64,000 nt of DNA from a bacterium (GTDB lineage Bacteria > Patescibacteriota > Minisyncoccia > Phycocordibacterales > JAGLPS01): the NCBI GenBank assembly GCA_030690305.1, contig JAUYHB010000006.1, positions 84,574 through 148,573 on the forward strand, in the 5' to 3' direction. The translations under genes were made by a program, and so were the position numbers. Of the stretch, positions 37,426 through 49,657 are shown piece by piece. Within the stretch, counting starts at the first letter, position 1. Every line of letters starts with the position of its first letter. The notes beneath the pieces are model-generated. The model saw only the letters and a list, made by a program, of their open reading frames with translations. It ran no database searches and was not told the origin of the DNA.

Positions 37426-37853
37426 TTATTCTTCCGAGTAAATTAACGTATTGGGATAGGAATTATGCCATGTCCCCCATTGCACCTCCACAGGCTTAAA
37501 CACTTCGCCCGTTTCCGCATGAGTCATAATAATTCCGCCGTTATACGCGGGAGAAGGCCCGATAATTACGGGTTCTCCGAGCAGAGTATCGTAGATAACG
37601 TCTTTATCCCTGAATGCGGACAGAGGATAGGCTTTTTGCACCCCCCCGATTGAAAATCCGTAGACCGTTTCTTCTGAAAGCACTCCGTCAATTTCTTTTT
37701 GTTCCGGAATGACGGTTTGGGATGCGTCCAACTCTTGAGAATCGTTCGGAGTATTTTTGAGTGCTTGCGGGAAAAAAGAAAGACCAAAAAGAATAAGGCC
37801 GAGAAAAACAAGAACCGTGATAAGCCGTATGAGATTTTCTTTTAGCTCGGTCA
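37426..37853 (-). CDS. DUF3179-like membrane-anchored protein
   Basis: KAYPLSAF..IYDTLLGEPV..WGTWHNSYPNT. Confidence 0.55.
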
Positions 37854-37967
37854 TTTTATCTAGTATAGCAAATGTGCACAAACCTTGTGCATACCCTTCT
37901 TTCGTGATATATTTCGCCCATTATCCGAGAGACAATCCCCGACCAGGCGGATTCTCCACGGACAGGT

Positions 37968-38038
37968 CGCGGGATGGAGCAACAGTAGCTCGAAAGGCTC
38001 ATAACCTTTAGACCCTGGTGCAAATCCAGGTCCCGCAA
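37968..38038 (+). tRNA. Initiator tRNA-fMet(CAT)
   Basis: CGCGGGA/TCCCGCA with C1:A72 mismatch, CTCATAA loop; CCA not encoded. Confidence 0.85.
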
Positions 38039-38103
38039 CACTTCAACTCGCTTCGCTCGTTCAGTGCGGGCAAGGCGAAGTGTCCCGAGCATAGTCGAGG
38101 GAC
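38038..38103. repeat. REP-like palindromic element
   Basis: ACACTTC..GAAGTGT and GTCCCGAGCATAGTCGAGGGAC; related motifs at 18784 and 51705. Confidence 0.5.
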
Positions 38104-38209
38104 AAGCAAAAATCCACGCAAAGAGTGCGTGGATTTTGGTTGAAATATCTACTTACTAGTTATTTATATCTATATAAAACATCTGATATATGTTAATATA
38201 CTATCATAT

Positions 38210-38881
38210 ATGGCGAAATCTAAAGAAAAGTTATTTGCACACACGTTACGTAGGGAAGGAAAGAGTATTCTTTATATTTCACAACAACTTAACATAGCTA
38301 AAAGCACAGTAAGTGTTTGGTGCAAAGACATTACACTCACCTCTTTTCAGAAGTCACAATTACACAAAAATTCAATCATCGCGGGACATAAAGGAAGAAT
38401 GATTGGCGCAATGCAAAATCATCTCAAAAAATTACAGACCATAGAAACATACCGAATCGAGGCAGAGAAAAATGTTGGCAGATTGTCAGCTCGTGAACAA
38501 TTGCTATTAGGAACAGCCCTGTATTGGGCTGAAGGAGGGAGAAAAAGTTCTGGATTTTCTTTTGTAAATTCTGACCCAAACATGATAGCATTCATCAGTA
38601 AGTGGCTCCAGGGAAGTTTTCAGATACAAAAAGAAGATTTTATACCTAGAATTTATATAAATGAGCTTCACAAACCCCGAGCAGAAAAAATATTGAAATT
38701 TTGGTCTGCTCTGCTACAATTACCCAGAAATCAATTCCGTCGTATTTCTTTTATCAAAACCAAGCAGAAAAAGATGTATGAAAATTATGACAATTATTAT
38801 GGTATGCTGGCTCTAAAAATCAGAAGAAGTACCAATTTGAAATACAAAGTGATGGGATTGATAGGAGCAATTAAAAATTAA
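38210..38881 (+). CDS. HTH plus LAGLIDADG-like protein between tRNA genes
   Basis: N-terminal HTH (ISQQLNIAKSTVSVW), LYWAEGG and FVNSDP motifs; AT-rich. Confidence 0.65.
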   Translation: MAKSKEKLFAHTLRREGKSILYISQQLNIAKSTVSVWCKDITLTSFQKSQLHKNSIIAGHKGRMIGAMQNHLKKLQTIETYRIEAEKNVGRLSAREQLLLGTALYWAEGGRKSSGFSFVNSDPNMIAFISKWLQGSFQIQKEDFIPRIYINELHKPRAEKILKFWSALLQLPRNQFRRISFIKTKQKKMYENYDNYYGMLALKIRRSTNLKYKVMGLIGAIKN

Positions 38882-38885
38882 ACAC

Positions 38886-38960
38886 GCCGACGTAGCTCAG
38901 TGGTAGAGCACTTCACTCATAAAGAAGCGGTCGCAGGTTCAATCCCTGCCGTCGGCACCA
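38886..38960 (+). tRNA. tRNA with CAT anticodon (elongator Met or Ile2)
   Basis: GCCGACG/CGTCGGC acceptor, CTCATAA loop, encoded CCA. Confidence 0.9.
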
Positions 38961-39027
38961 GGTGAATACAAGACAGTAACAGGTTTTTTTGATAAAGTGT
39001 TCCCTGTGCCGTTTTTGTTCCTCATTT

Positions 39028-39104
39028 GCGGGAGTAAGCAAAAGCTTGCTACCGCGACGCTCGGAATTAAAGAATATGCTAGGCATGCTCTTTATTCCTC
39101 GCTT
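39028..39104 (+). ncRNA. 77-nt structured tRNA 5' leader (homologous to 34452-34528)
   Basis: GCGGGAGTAAGC-AAAA-GCTTGCTACCGC hairpin plus TCGGAATTAAAGA..TCTTTATTCC hairpin. Confidence 0.6.
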
Positions 39105-39178
39105 GCGGGAGTAGCTCAACTGGTTAGAGCATCCGCCTGTCACGCGGAAGGTTGCGGGTTCAAGTCCCGTCTCTCGCG
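39105..39178 (+). tRNA. tRNA-Asp(GTC)
   Basis: GCGGGAG/CTCTCGC acceptor, TCCGC-CTGTCAC-GCGGA. Confidence 0.93.
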
Positions 39179-39185
39179 CATCGCC

Positions 39186-39216
39186 AAAAACCACTACCAT
39201 AATGGTAGTGGTTTTT
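39186..39216 (+). terminator. Intrinsic terminator
   Basis: AAAAACCACTACCA-TAA-TGGTAGTGGTTTTT. Confidence 0.75.
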
Positions 39217-39218
39217 GT

Positions 39219-39304
39219 GAGACGGGACTTGAAAGCCGGAGCACGACGACGCGAGGCGGGGTCGCGCAAATTTTTAGTAAAAAATTATGCGTGACCAAGT
39301 TCCC
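39219..39304. other. Structured element beginning with an antisense copy of the tRNA-Asp T-arm
   Basis: 39219-39233 is the exact reverse complement of tRNA 39159-39173. Confidence 0.7.
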
Positions 39305-39386
39305 AAATAAAAATCTTCTTGGCCAAGTATCTCTCTCGCAAAAAGAAAAAGGTCTTTCACTTTTAGTGAAAGACCTTTTTTGCCAC

Positions 39387-39710
39387 TCAATTACGAGAGG
39401 GGCTGTACATGGAACGGGAGAAACAGTCTCCGTAAACTTCGTTGAGACCCATTTCTTTCAGAATCACAACACAAATTTCTATATCCATCTTCTCCCTCAT
39501 CTTGGACGCTTCGATTTGCCGAAGAAGTTCAAGGCTTTCATCCTTTCGTATTACTCCGTCTTTTATCGCAACTTCGACATGCAGACGGGCATTGCTTTTG
39601 GAAAAAACGATGATACCTTTTTCCCCTGGCGAAAGAAACAGAAAACCGAATTCTTTCGTCTTTTCGCAGTGCACGAAATATGGAGCAAATTTTGCAAGGG
39701 GTTGAGACAT
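39387..39710 (-). CDS. Orphan hypothetical protein
   Basis: AAAAAGGAGGTGTCC-ATG; terminator 39346-39380. Confidence 0.6.
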   Translation of the reverse strand: MSQPLAKFAPYFVHCEKTKEFGFLFLSPGEKGIIVFSKSNARLHVEVAIKDGVIRKDESLELLRQIEASKMREKMDIEICVVILKEMGLNEVYGDCFSRSMYSPSRN

Positions 39711-39857
39711 GGACACCTCCTTTTTATATGTGACGAGCAAAAACCTACTCTCTACTCTAACACATTTTATTAAAAAATCAAGCCGTTATTTTGCAAAAAG
39801 AATGGCCCCTTCAATCAAAAAGATTGAAGGGGCCATAAAACATAATTACAGGGGGTT

Positions 39858-40181
39858 TTACGCTGAGATCAGCGTAGGTTCGATCAACTTCGCGTAAATC
39901 ACGAGGTCCATGGAAGAAAGCTCTCCCAAACACGAATGATTGATCCGGTTGATGAGAAAGAGAAGTTCTCTCTTTCCGATGACTTCCATCTCACAGGCGT
40001 ACATCGCGTATGCCCGAGCCGCCGCTTTGGAAAAGACAGGTACCGGTTTTCGAAAGAATGATGTTTTCTTTCGGAAACTGAACCTGCCGATTCGGGCTGA
40101 CAGATCGAGTACGTAGTGTCTCCTGCAGTCACCAACCTTAAAAACAACTCCTTTTACTGCACATTCTGCCTGTTGTTTCAT
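39858..40181 (-). CDS. Orphan hypothetical protein
   Basis: AAGGAGGGGGAGT-ATG; TTGACT-N17-TATAAT at 40235-40263; terminator 39802-39836. Confidence 0.6.
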   Translation of the reverse strand: MKQQAECAVKGVVFKVGDCRRHYVLDLSARIGRFSFRKKTSFFRKPVPVFSKAAARAYAMYACEMEVIGKRELLFLINRINHSCLGELSSMDLVIYAKLIEPTLISA

Positions 40182-40291
40182 ACTCCCCCTCCTTGCTGAT
40201 GTGTTGAACTGTAACTGTACTACTCCTGAGATTAATTATATCAGTTTCAAGAGATAAAGTCAACCAAAAATCAAGAAAAACGTTGATACGC

Positions 40292-40951
40292 CTAGATATA
40301 ATAGAACTCTTCAAAAACTTTTTTATATAGTTCGATAGTGCGTCTTGCCTCCCTTTGGTTTAAAAGAAAATCCGAACCTTCGTGAGCAACGGCATTTCTG
40401 ATTTTGTGGGCCTCCCAGGCGTAATCAAGAGTTTCAAAATCGCTCGGTTCAACGTTTTTGAGTTTTTCTCCTATCGTTTCACCGTCATAGCCCATTTTGT
40501 CCAGGACTTCTTCAAGCATAATGTCCGCTTCCAAAATCGCCAGTTTCCAGTCTGAAGCGGTGTCGGATTCTATAAGTTTGAGAACCTGTTCCCATTTTTC
40601 ATTAAGCAAATGCTCGGGGCGAGAGTCCGTAATGGCAATTGAAACACCTTTCTGCGGAAACAGCTCTTTGTGTTCTTCCGCCCGAATCATATTTGTCTTT
40701 CTTGTAAAATGGGCCCAACCGACAATAAAAATTGCCGAGAAAATTATAGAGAGGATTTTGAGAAGAGGAAGAATGTCTCCGAATACCTCTTGTGCGTGCT
40801 CAAAAAAACCCAGCCCGACACGGACAAAAAGGCTCTCAAGAAGTCGCCTGACCGCATCGACAACAGCGAGGAGTACGAGACCAATTACTCCGATTTCAAT
40901 GGCAATCGCCACCGGATCGCTTGTTGTTGGTTTTTTCTCTTCTTCCGCCAT
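40292..40951 (-). CDS. Conserved hypothetical membrane protein (CPR-type)
   Basis: WKLAILEAD, GETIGEKLK, AWEAHKIRNAVAH. Confidence 0.7.
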   Translation of the reverse strand: MAEEEKKPTTSDPVAIAIEIGVIGLVLLAVVDAVRRLLESLFVRVGLGFFEHAQEVFGDILPLLKILSIIFSAIFIVGWAHFTRKTNMIRAEEHKELFPQKGVSIAITDSRPEHLLNEKWEQVLKLIESDTASDWKLAILEADIMLEEVLDKMGYDGETIGEKLKNVEPSDFETLDYAWEAHKIRNAVAHEGSDFLLNQREARRTIELYKKVFEEFYYI

Positions 40952-40959
40952 GTGTTTTA

Positions 40960-42390
40960 TTATACTTCACCCAGAAAACGTTTACCGACGGCAAAAAGAA
41001 TATTCTCTGCGGCATGGGGGGCCATGATTTGGAGTCCGAGAGGAAGATTACTTCCGTCACGGAGAGCTGTCCCCGAGGGAATTGAAATTGCCGGGATTCC
41101 GACAATGTTTGCGGTTACGGTAAAAATATCGGCAAGATACATTGAAAGCGGGTCTCCGGACTTCTCCCCTATTTTAAATGCCGGAGAGGGAGCCGTCGGC
41201 GTTATCACCGCGTCCACTTTTTCAAAAGCATTTGTAAAATCACGAGCGATAAGCGAGCGGACGGTATTGGCTTTGTTGTAATACGCATCGTAGTAACCGG
41301 AAGAAAGAACGTATGTGCCAAGCATAATACGACGGCGAACTTCGCGGCCAAACCCTTCTCGTCGGGTAATCAGATACTCTTCAAGCAAATCTTTACCCTC
41401 TTTTCTCAAACCGTATTTCACTCCGTCAAAACGGGCAAGGTTTGAAGACACTTCTGCGGGCATTAAAACGTAGTAGGAAGCCAAAGAGTACATGATGTTT
41501 TGAAGCGAAATTTCTTTGATTGTGTAGCCTAAAGACGTCAGTTTTTTGATAGAGTCCTCAAAATTTTTCTTCACGTCTTCATCCATACCTTTCGTTTCCA
41601 GAATTTCTTTCGGTACTCCGATTATCATGTTCTTTTTCTCTTTCCGCGGCGGATATGTTCCGTCAGGGTACGTCGTACTGTCATAGGGGTCTTGGCCTTT
41701 CATTGCATTAAACAGTATTTCCGCATCATCCACAGTGCGGGTGATGGGACCGATAACATCAAGAGAAGAACCCATGGCCATAAGTCCGTGACGGGAAACG
41801 CTTCCGTATGTCGGTTTAAGACCCACGCATCCGCAAAAACTTGCGGGCTGCCGTATTGAGCCTCCGGTGTCAGAACCCAGAGCGGCAAGAGCGAGTCCCC
41901 CACCCACCGCCGCGGCGGAACCGCCCGATGAGCCTCCGGGAACACGAGTGAGGTCGTGTGGGTTTTTTGTTACGCCAAAAGCGGAATTTTCCGTCGAACC
42001 TCCCATGGCAAATTCGTCCATGTTGGTACGACCCAAAAAGACGGCATCTTCGTTGATGATTTTTTGGGCCGCAGTCGCCGTATACGGCGCGGTGTAATTT
42101 TCAAGAATTTTTGATGCCGCGGACGCCTTCTTTCCCTTAATCAGAATATTGTCTTTAATGGCAAGCGGAATGCCGGTAAGCGCACCCGCTTCCCCATTTT
42201 CTATTTTTTTCTGAGCGGTTTCGGTTTGTTTGTCTATGTCGGAATATATTTCAAGATAGGCGTTGAGATCCTTATTTTTTTCTTTTGCAACGTCAAGAAA
42301 GGCGTGAACAAGTTCGGACACTGAAAAATCTTTGGTACAAAGACGTTCGTGGGCGGTGCGTATCGAGAGATGTGTGAGGTCTGAGGCCAT
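40960..42390 (-). CDS. gatA: Asp/Glu-tRNA amidotransferase subunit A
   Basis: NMDEFAMGGSTENS, GGSSGGSAAAV, SDTGGSIRQPA. Confidence 0.95.
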   Translation of the reverse strand: MASDLTHLSIRTAHERLCTKDFSVSELVHAFLDVAKEKNKDLNAYLEIYSDIDKQTETAQKKIENGEAGALTGIPLAIKDNILIKGKKASAASKILENYTAPYTATAAQKIINEDAVFLGRTNMDEFAMGGSTENSAFGVTKNPHDLTRVPGGSSGGSAAAVGGGLALAALGSDTGGSIRQPASFCGCVGLKPTYGSVSRHGLMAMGSSLDVIGPITRTVDDAEILFNAMKGQDPYDSTTYPDGTYPPRKEKKNMIIGVPKEILETKGMDEDVKKNFEDSIKKLTSLGYTIKEISLQNIMYSLASYYVLMPAEVSSNLARFDGVKYGLRKEGKDLLEEYLITRREGFGREVRRRIMLGTYVLSSGYYDAYYNKANTVRSLIARDFTNAFEKVDAVITPTAPSPAFKIGEKSGDPLSMYLADIFTVTANIVGIPAISIPSGTALRDGSNLPLGLQIMAPHAAENILFAVGKRFLGEV

Positions 42391-42394
42391 GCGT

Positions 42395-42688
42395 TTAGAG
42401 AATATTTTTTACTTTCAGTTCGTTGTTGTCCCCCTTTTCGGGAAATTCGGCGACAATTTCTTTCGTGTATGCGCCACTTTCGTGGGGATTCTCGTCTTCG
42501 CGCATAACATTTTTAAGCATATTGTCGGAAGACGATTTCTTGTCGTCAAGAGAAGACACGACATTTTTTATTTGTTCGACATAGCCCAAAATCGAGTCGA
42601 TTTCTTTGGCAAATTGTTCAACTTCTTCATCGCTTACCTTCATACGCGACAGCCCCGCGAGTTTTTTAACCTCTTCTTTGGTAATCAT
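42395..42688 (-). CDS. gatC: Asp/Glu-tRNA amidotransferase subunit C
   Basis: EVKKLAGLSR..ILGYVEQI..NVMRED; upstream of gatA. Confidence 0.9.
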   Translation of the reverse strand: MITKEEVKKLAGLSRMKVSDEEVEQFAKEIDSILGYVEQIKNVVSSLDDKKSSSDNMLKNVMREDENPHESGAYTKEIVAEFPEKGDNNELKVKNIL

Positions 42689-42735
42689 AGGCTTAAGTGT
42701 ACGGAGAAAAAATACCCATGTAAAGAACCGCTCAA

Positions 42736-42851
42736 TAATATTTCCTGCAAAGCGCTCACCTGCTTCCAGCGATAGGTTCGCTAAACTCAGAAAATTTTTG
42801 GCTCAAAGCCAAACCGAGCAAATTTTCCTGCGAACATTGCAGAAAATATTG
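42736..42851. repeat. Structured dispersed repeat, copy 2
   Basis: Colinear with 425-540, with compensatory substitutions. Confidence 0.85.
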
Positions 42852-42919
42852 TTTCGCTTTGACGGGAAGAAGAAGATAACAACACCCTTAGTTTATGGAG
42901 AGTTTTCTGGTATAAAAAA

Positions 42920-42946
42920 GGGCGGTCTTTTTTAAAAAGACCGCCC
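42920..42946 (-). terminator. Intrinsic terminator
   Basis: GGGCGGTCTTTTT..AAAAAGACCGCCC, T-run follows on minus strand. Confidence 0.65.
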
Positions 42947-43056
42947 GGTTGGGTTTATGCGTTACTTACTTTGGTGTAACGCGTGGCACCCAAAACCAAT
43001 TAAAAGGTTTTACAGTGAGGAAGGGTTATGTGTTTTTTTATTCGCCGGCCACCCGG

Positions 43057-43098
43057 CTACTTCGGATTGCCACCTGATGTACTGCAGAACTTGTGCAT
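43057..43098 (-). CDS. Putative 13-aa peptide MHKFCSTSGGNPK
   Basis: AAAGGAGG 6 nt before ATG; TTGATT-N18-TATAGT at 43143-43172. Confidence 0.35.
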   Translation of the reverse strand: MHKFCSTSGGNPK

Positions 43099-43216
43099 CC
43101 GCATCCTCCTTTCTCTGTCTTTTGCAGTAAAATCTAGAAGAGACTATACCACAGAAATTAAATTTTAATCAATCCTGTGTTATGCGCTTTTCTTAATACC
43201 ACTCTCTTTCATGCGC

Positions 43217-43858
43217 TTACCGAGGGCGCATATACTCGGGCAACAAGACTTTGATTTCTTCCATGAGGCGTTGTTTTTGCCGAGTCAGATTTTCACGAGA
43301 TAAATCAATGGGAAGCGGAATGGTATACGGTTTTCCGAAACGGATTTCTATGGGGACAGGCGTGATACCCTTTCCCTCTTTGGGAAATGCTTTGTCACTC
43401 CCAATGATTGCCGCGGGGACAATCGTGCAATTACTGCTTATTGCGATTGAAGCCGCTCCCCATCCGCCTTCTTTCAACACACCGTCTTTACTGCGGGTGC
43501 CCTCCGGGAAAATGACAACGCAGTCCCCGGCCGCGAGAGCCATGACGGCCTCCGTAATTGTCCGCCTTGGTCGGGTCTCATCAACGCAAATAGTGCCAAC
43601 CGTTGTCATGAACCAATTGAGAAAAGGATGTTTGAAGAGCCTTTTCTTGGCCATTGAGTGCACCATTCTCCGCGGAATGCTTGAATGCACAACCGGCGCG
43701 TCCAAATAGCTTGTGTGGTTGCAGGCAATGAGAACACCCCCCTGCTTCGGAAATGTCTCTCTCCCGCTCACCTTAAGACGAAACACGAGGCACGCAAGAG
43801 CATATACGGACGTATTTGCTGTGCGATATACGATTCTTCTCCATATATTAAGTTTCAC
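43217..43858 (-). CDS. plsC: Lysophospholipid acyltransferase (PlsC-like)
   Basis: NHTSYLD (HX4D), FPEGTRS, IVPAAI. Confidence 0.85.
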   Translation of the reverse strand: MKLNIWRRIVYRTANTSVYALACLVFRLKVSGRETFPKQGGVLIACNHTSYLDAPVVHSSIPRRMVHSMAKKRLFKHPFLNWFMTTVGTICVDETRPRRTITEAVMALAAGDCVVIFPEGTRSKDGVLKEGGWGAASIAISSNCTIVPAAIIGSDKAFPKEGKGITPVPIEIRFGKPYTIPLPIDLSRENLTRQKQRLMEEIKVLLPEYMRPR

Positions 43859-43930
43859 TTTTCCCTCCTTTACGTAGAAATTACAAAGAACTTTTTGTTA
43901 GAGGAGAGTATATCAGAGGCAAGAGAGTAA

Positions 43931-47815
<3,885 letters not shown>

Positions 47816-47819
<4 letters not shown>

Positions 47820-48421
47820 AGGACGGTGTTATAAATATTTGTTTTCAGAGTAAATGTTTTTGTTTGCAGGAAGGAATTTTTCCATGAAATCGTTACAGCC
47901 ACTACCGCTTCGTCTTCGGTCGCGCCAGTACTCAAAGGAACAATTACCACCGTCCTCGTAAACCTGCTATCGGTCCACTGCGCACCCTCGTCATATCCAT
48001 AGGCTCCGGTCGTGCTATTAAACTTGAGGGGGGGACACCCCGATGAAGCGCACGCGAGAGCTTGCAACGGACCGGTGTGTGTATACGTAGTATCGATGGC
48101 GCATCCGTCGCTACTTGTACAGGCTGAGTCGAGTTCCTCGAGCCACTCTACCCCGCTACTTGGATTTAAAACCGAGTCGAGGGTGTTTTGTTTCTTTTTT
48201 GCAACAACATATTCAACGGCATCCTGAGCAAGATAGGCTGCGATAACCTGGTCTCGTGCAAGGGCGGTAATACCGATGCCTTGGGAGGCAATATAGAGCG
48301 GTGCGGTGATGGCCCCCATAAGAACCGTTATGGCGACGAGTGTCTCAACAAGAGTAAATCCGTCGGAAACTTTCTTTTGAAAGTTTTGGTGGATAAGTCC
48401 TTTTTTTGCGTGATGTATCAT
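47816..48421 (-). CDS. Minor pilin (PilV-like)
   Basis: GFTLVETLVAI. Confidence 0.85.
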
Positions 48422-48427
48422 ACGTGT

Positions 48428-49024
48428 TTATAAGTCGGTAAAACGTTGTGTAATGGTCGTTTGGATGTTAAAGACCGCTTTTTCCTCGCCTTTTATCCTC
48501 GTTTCCGCGCGCAATATCATGAGTACTTTCGACTGGATACCGTCACGGGGGTCGGCACCGCTTATGTAAAATTTTAAATCATTTATTGTAACGGCAGGGT
48601 CGGTAAGCGTAATGAACGATGTGCCACCATCAACAGATTTATGTACAGCGTTTCCGTTTAAGCGGTAAATAACCTGGTCGGAAGGTGACAATACATCCCC
48701 CGTCGGCGGTTCAAACGCAATATATGTTCCGTCAAGACAGTTACGGAAAGTTCCTATACCATTATTTCCCGCCGCGATTTGTGCCGTTAAGTCGGATTCG
48801 GAACCGCAGTTGTACAGCCTCCCGTCACGGGCACTGCGTACGATTTCTTCAATCGAAAAATCAAGGTTGTCGACAATTGCTCTTGTTGCCTGGGCTCTTC
48901 GGTGCGCATCGGTGATAAGAAATAGGGCGGTTATGGCAATAAAAGCGACAATCATGAAAATTCCCAAAGAAACAAGCGTCTCTACAAGCGTGTACCCTTT
49001 ATTTGTTTGAGAAAATTTCGTCAT
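48428..49024 (-). CDS. Minor pilin (PilW-like)
   Basis: GYTLVETLVSL..FNIQTTITQR. Confidence 0.85.
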   Translation of the reverse strand: MTKFSQTNKGYTLVETLVSLGIFMIVAFIAITALFLITDAHRRAQATRAIVDNLDFSIEEIVRSARDGRLYNCGSESDLTAQIAAGNNGIGTFRNCLDGTYIAFEPPTGDVLSPSDQVIYRLNGNAVHKSVDGGTSFITLTDPAVTINDLKFYISGADPRDGIQSKVLMILRAETRIKGEEKAVFNIQTTITQRFTDL

Positions 49025-49042
49025 TTTAATTTCAGTATATCA

Positions 49043-49657
49043 TTACTCGCAATCGGCACTTCTTGTAATGTACATGCGCCCGCTCTCCCACACACAAACA
49101 AGACGACGCGCTTCACCGCGCGGAGAATAGATTTCAAAAGAAGCGCCTATCGGGTTGACTCCGGCCACACTCGCCTCTATCTGCGGAGAAAGTGAGCGAG
49201 GAAACGTAACCGTCACGGAAGGAGCGGTCTGAGGAAAACCGAGCACCTCCGTAAAAAAAACATTGAGTAGGCCGCTCTGTGTATCATATGTTTGCAATTC
49301 TTCACCCGTATCGTATTGCCCATCCTGGTTTGCATCATTGAAGATAAGATACTCCGTTGAATTATCGGTAAAAAATATCCCATACCAGCCTGAAAAATCG
49401 TCAGAGCCCGGCTGTATTTCCTTTACCGAAGTCGCATAGACCTGGGCTTCTCTCAGAGTCAGAATAATTTCGTTTGCAAATTTGTCGGCAAGAATATTTT
49501 CATCGTAACTGCGGTAATTAAACAAGACAACCCCAATGACAAAAGTCATGATGGCGATGCTTACCAAAAGCTCCGTGAGCGTAAACCCGCTTGAAACTCT
49601 CTTTTGAAAATTTTGGTGGGTAAAACCTCGTTGTTGGAAAAATTGAGATATTTTCAT
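49043..49657 (-). CDS. Minor pilin (FimT/GspH-like)
   Basis: GFTLTELLVSI..LTLREAQVYA. Confidence 0.85.
   Translation of the reverse strand: MKISQFFQQRGFTHQNFQKRVSSGFTLTELLVSIAIMTFVIGVVLFNYRSYDENILADKFANEIILTLREAQVYATSVKEIQPGSDDFSGWYGIFFTDNSTEYLIFNDANQDGQYDTGEELQTYDTQSGLLNVFFTEVLGFPQTAPSVTVTFPRSLSPQIEASVAGVNPIGASFEIYSPRGEARRLVCVWESGRMYITRSADCE

Noticed and set aside
38997-39773. 258-aa ORF on the plus strand
   Set aside because: Runs through tRNA-Asp and terminators and is antisense to an SD-bearing gene
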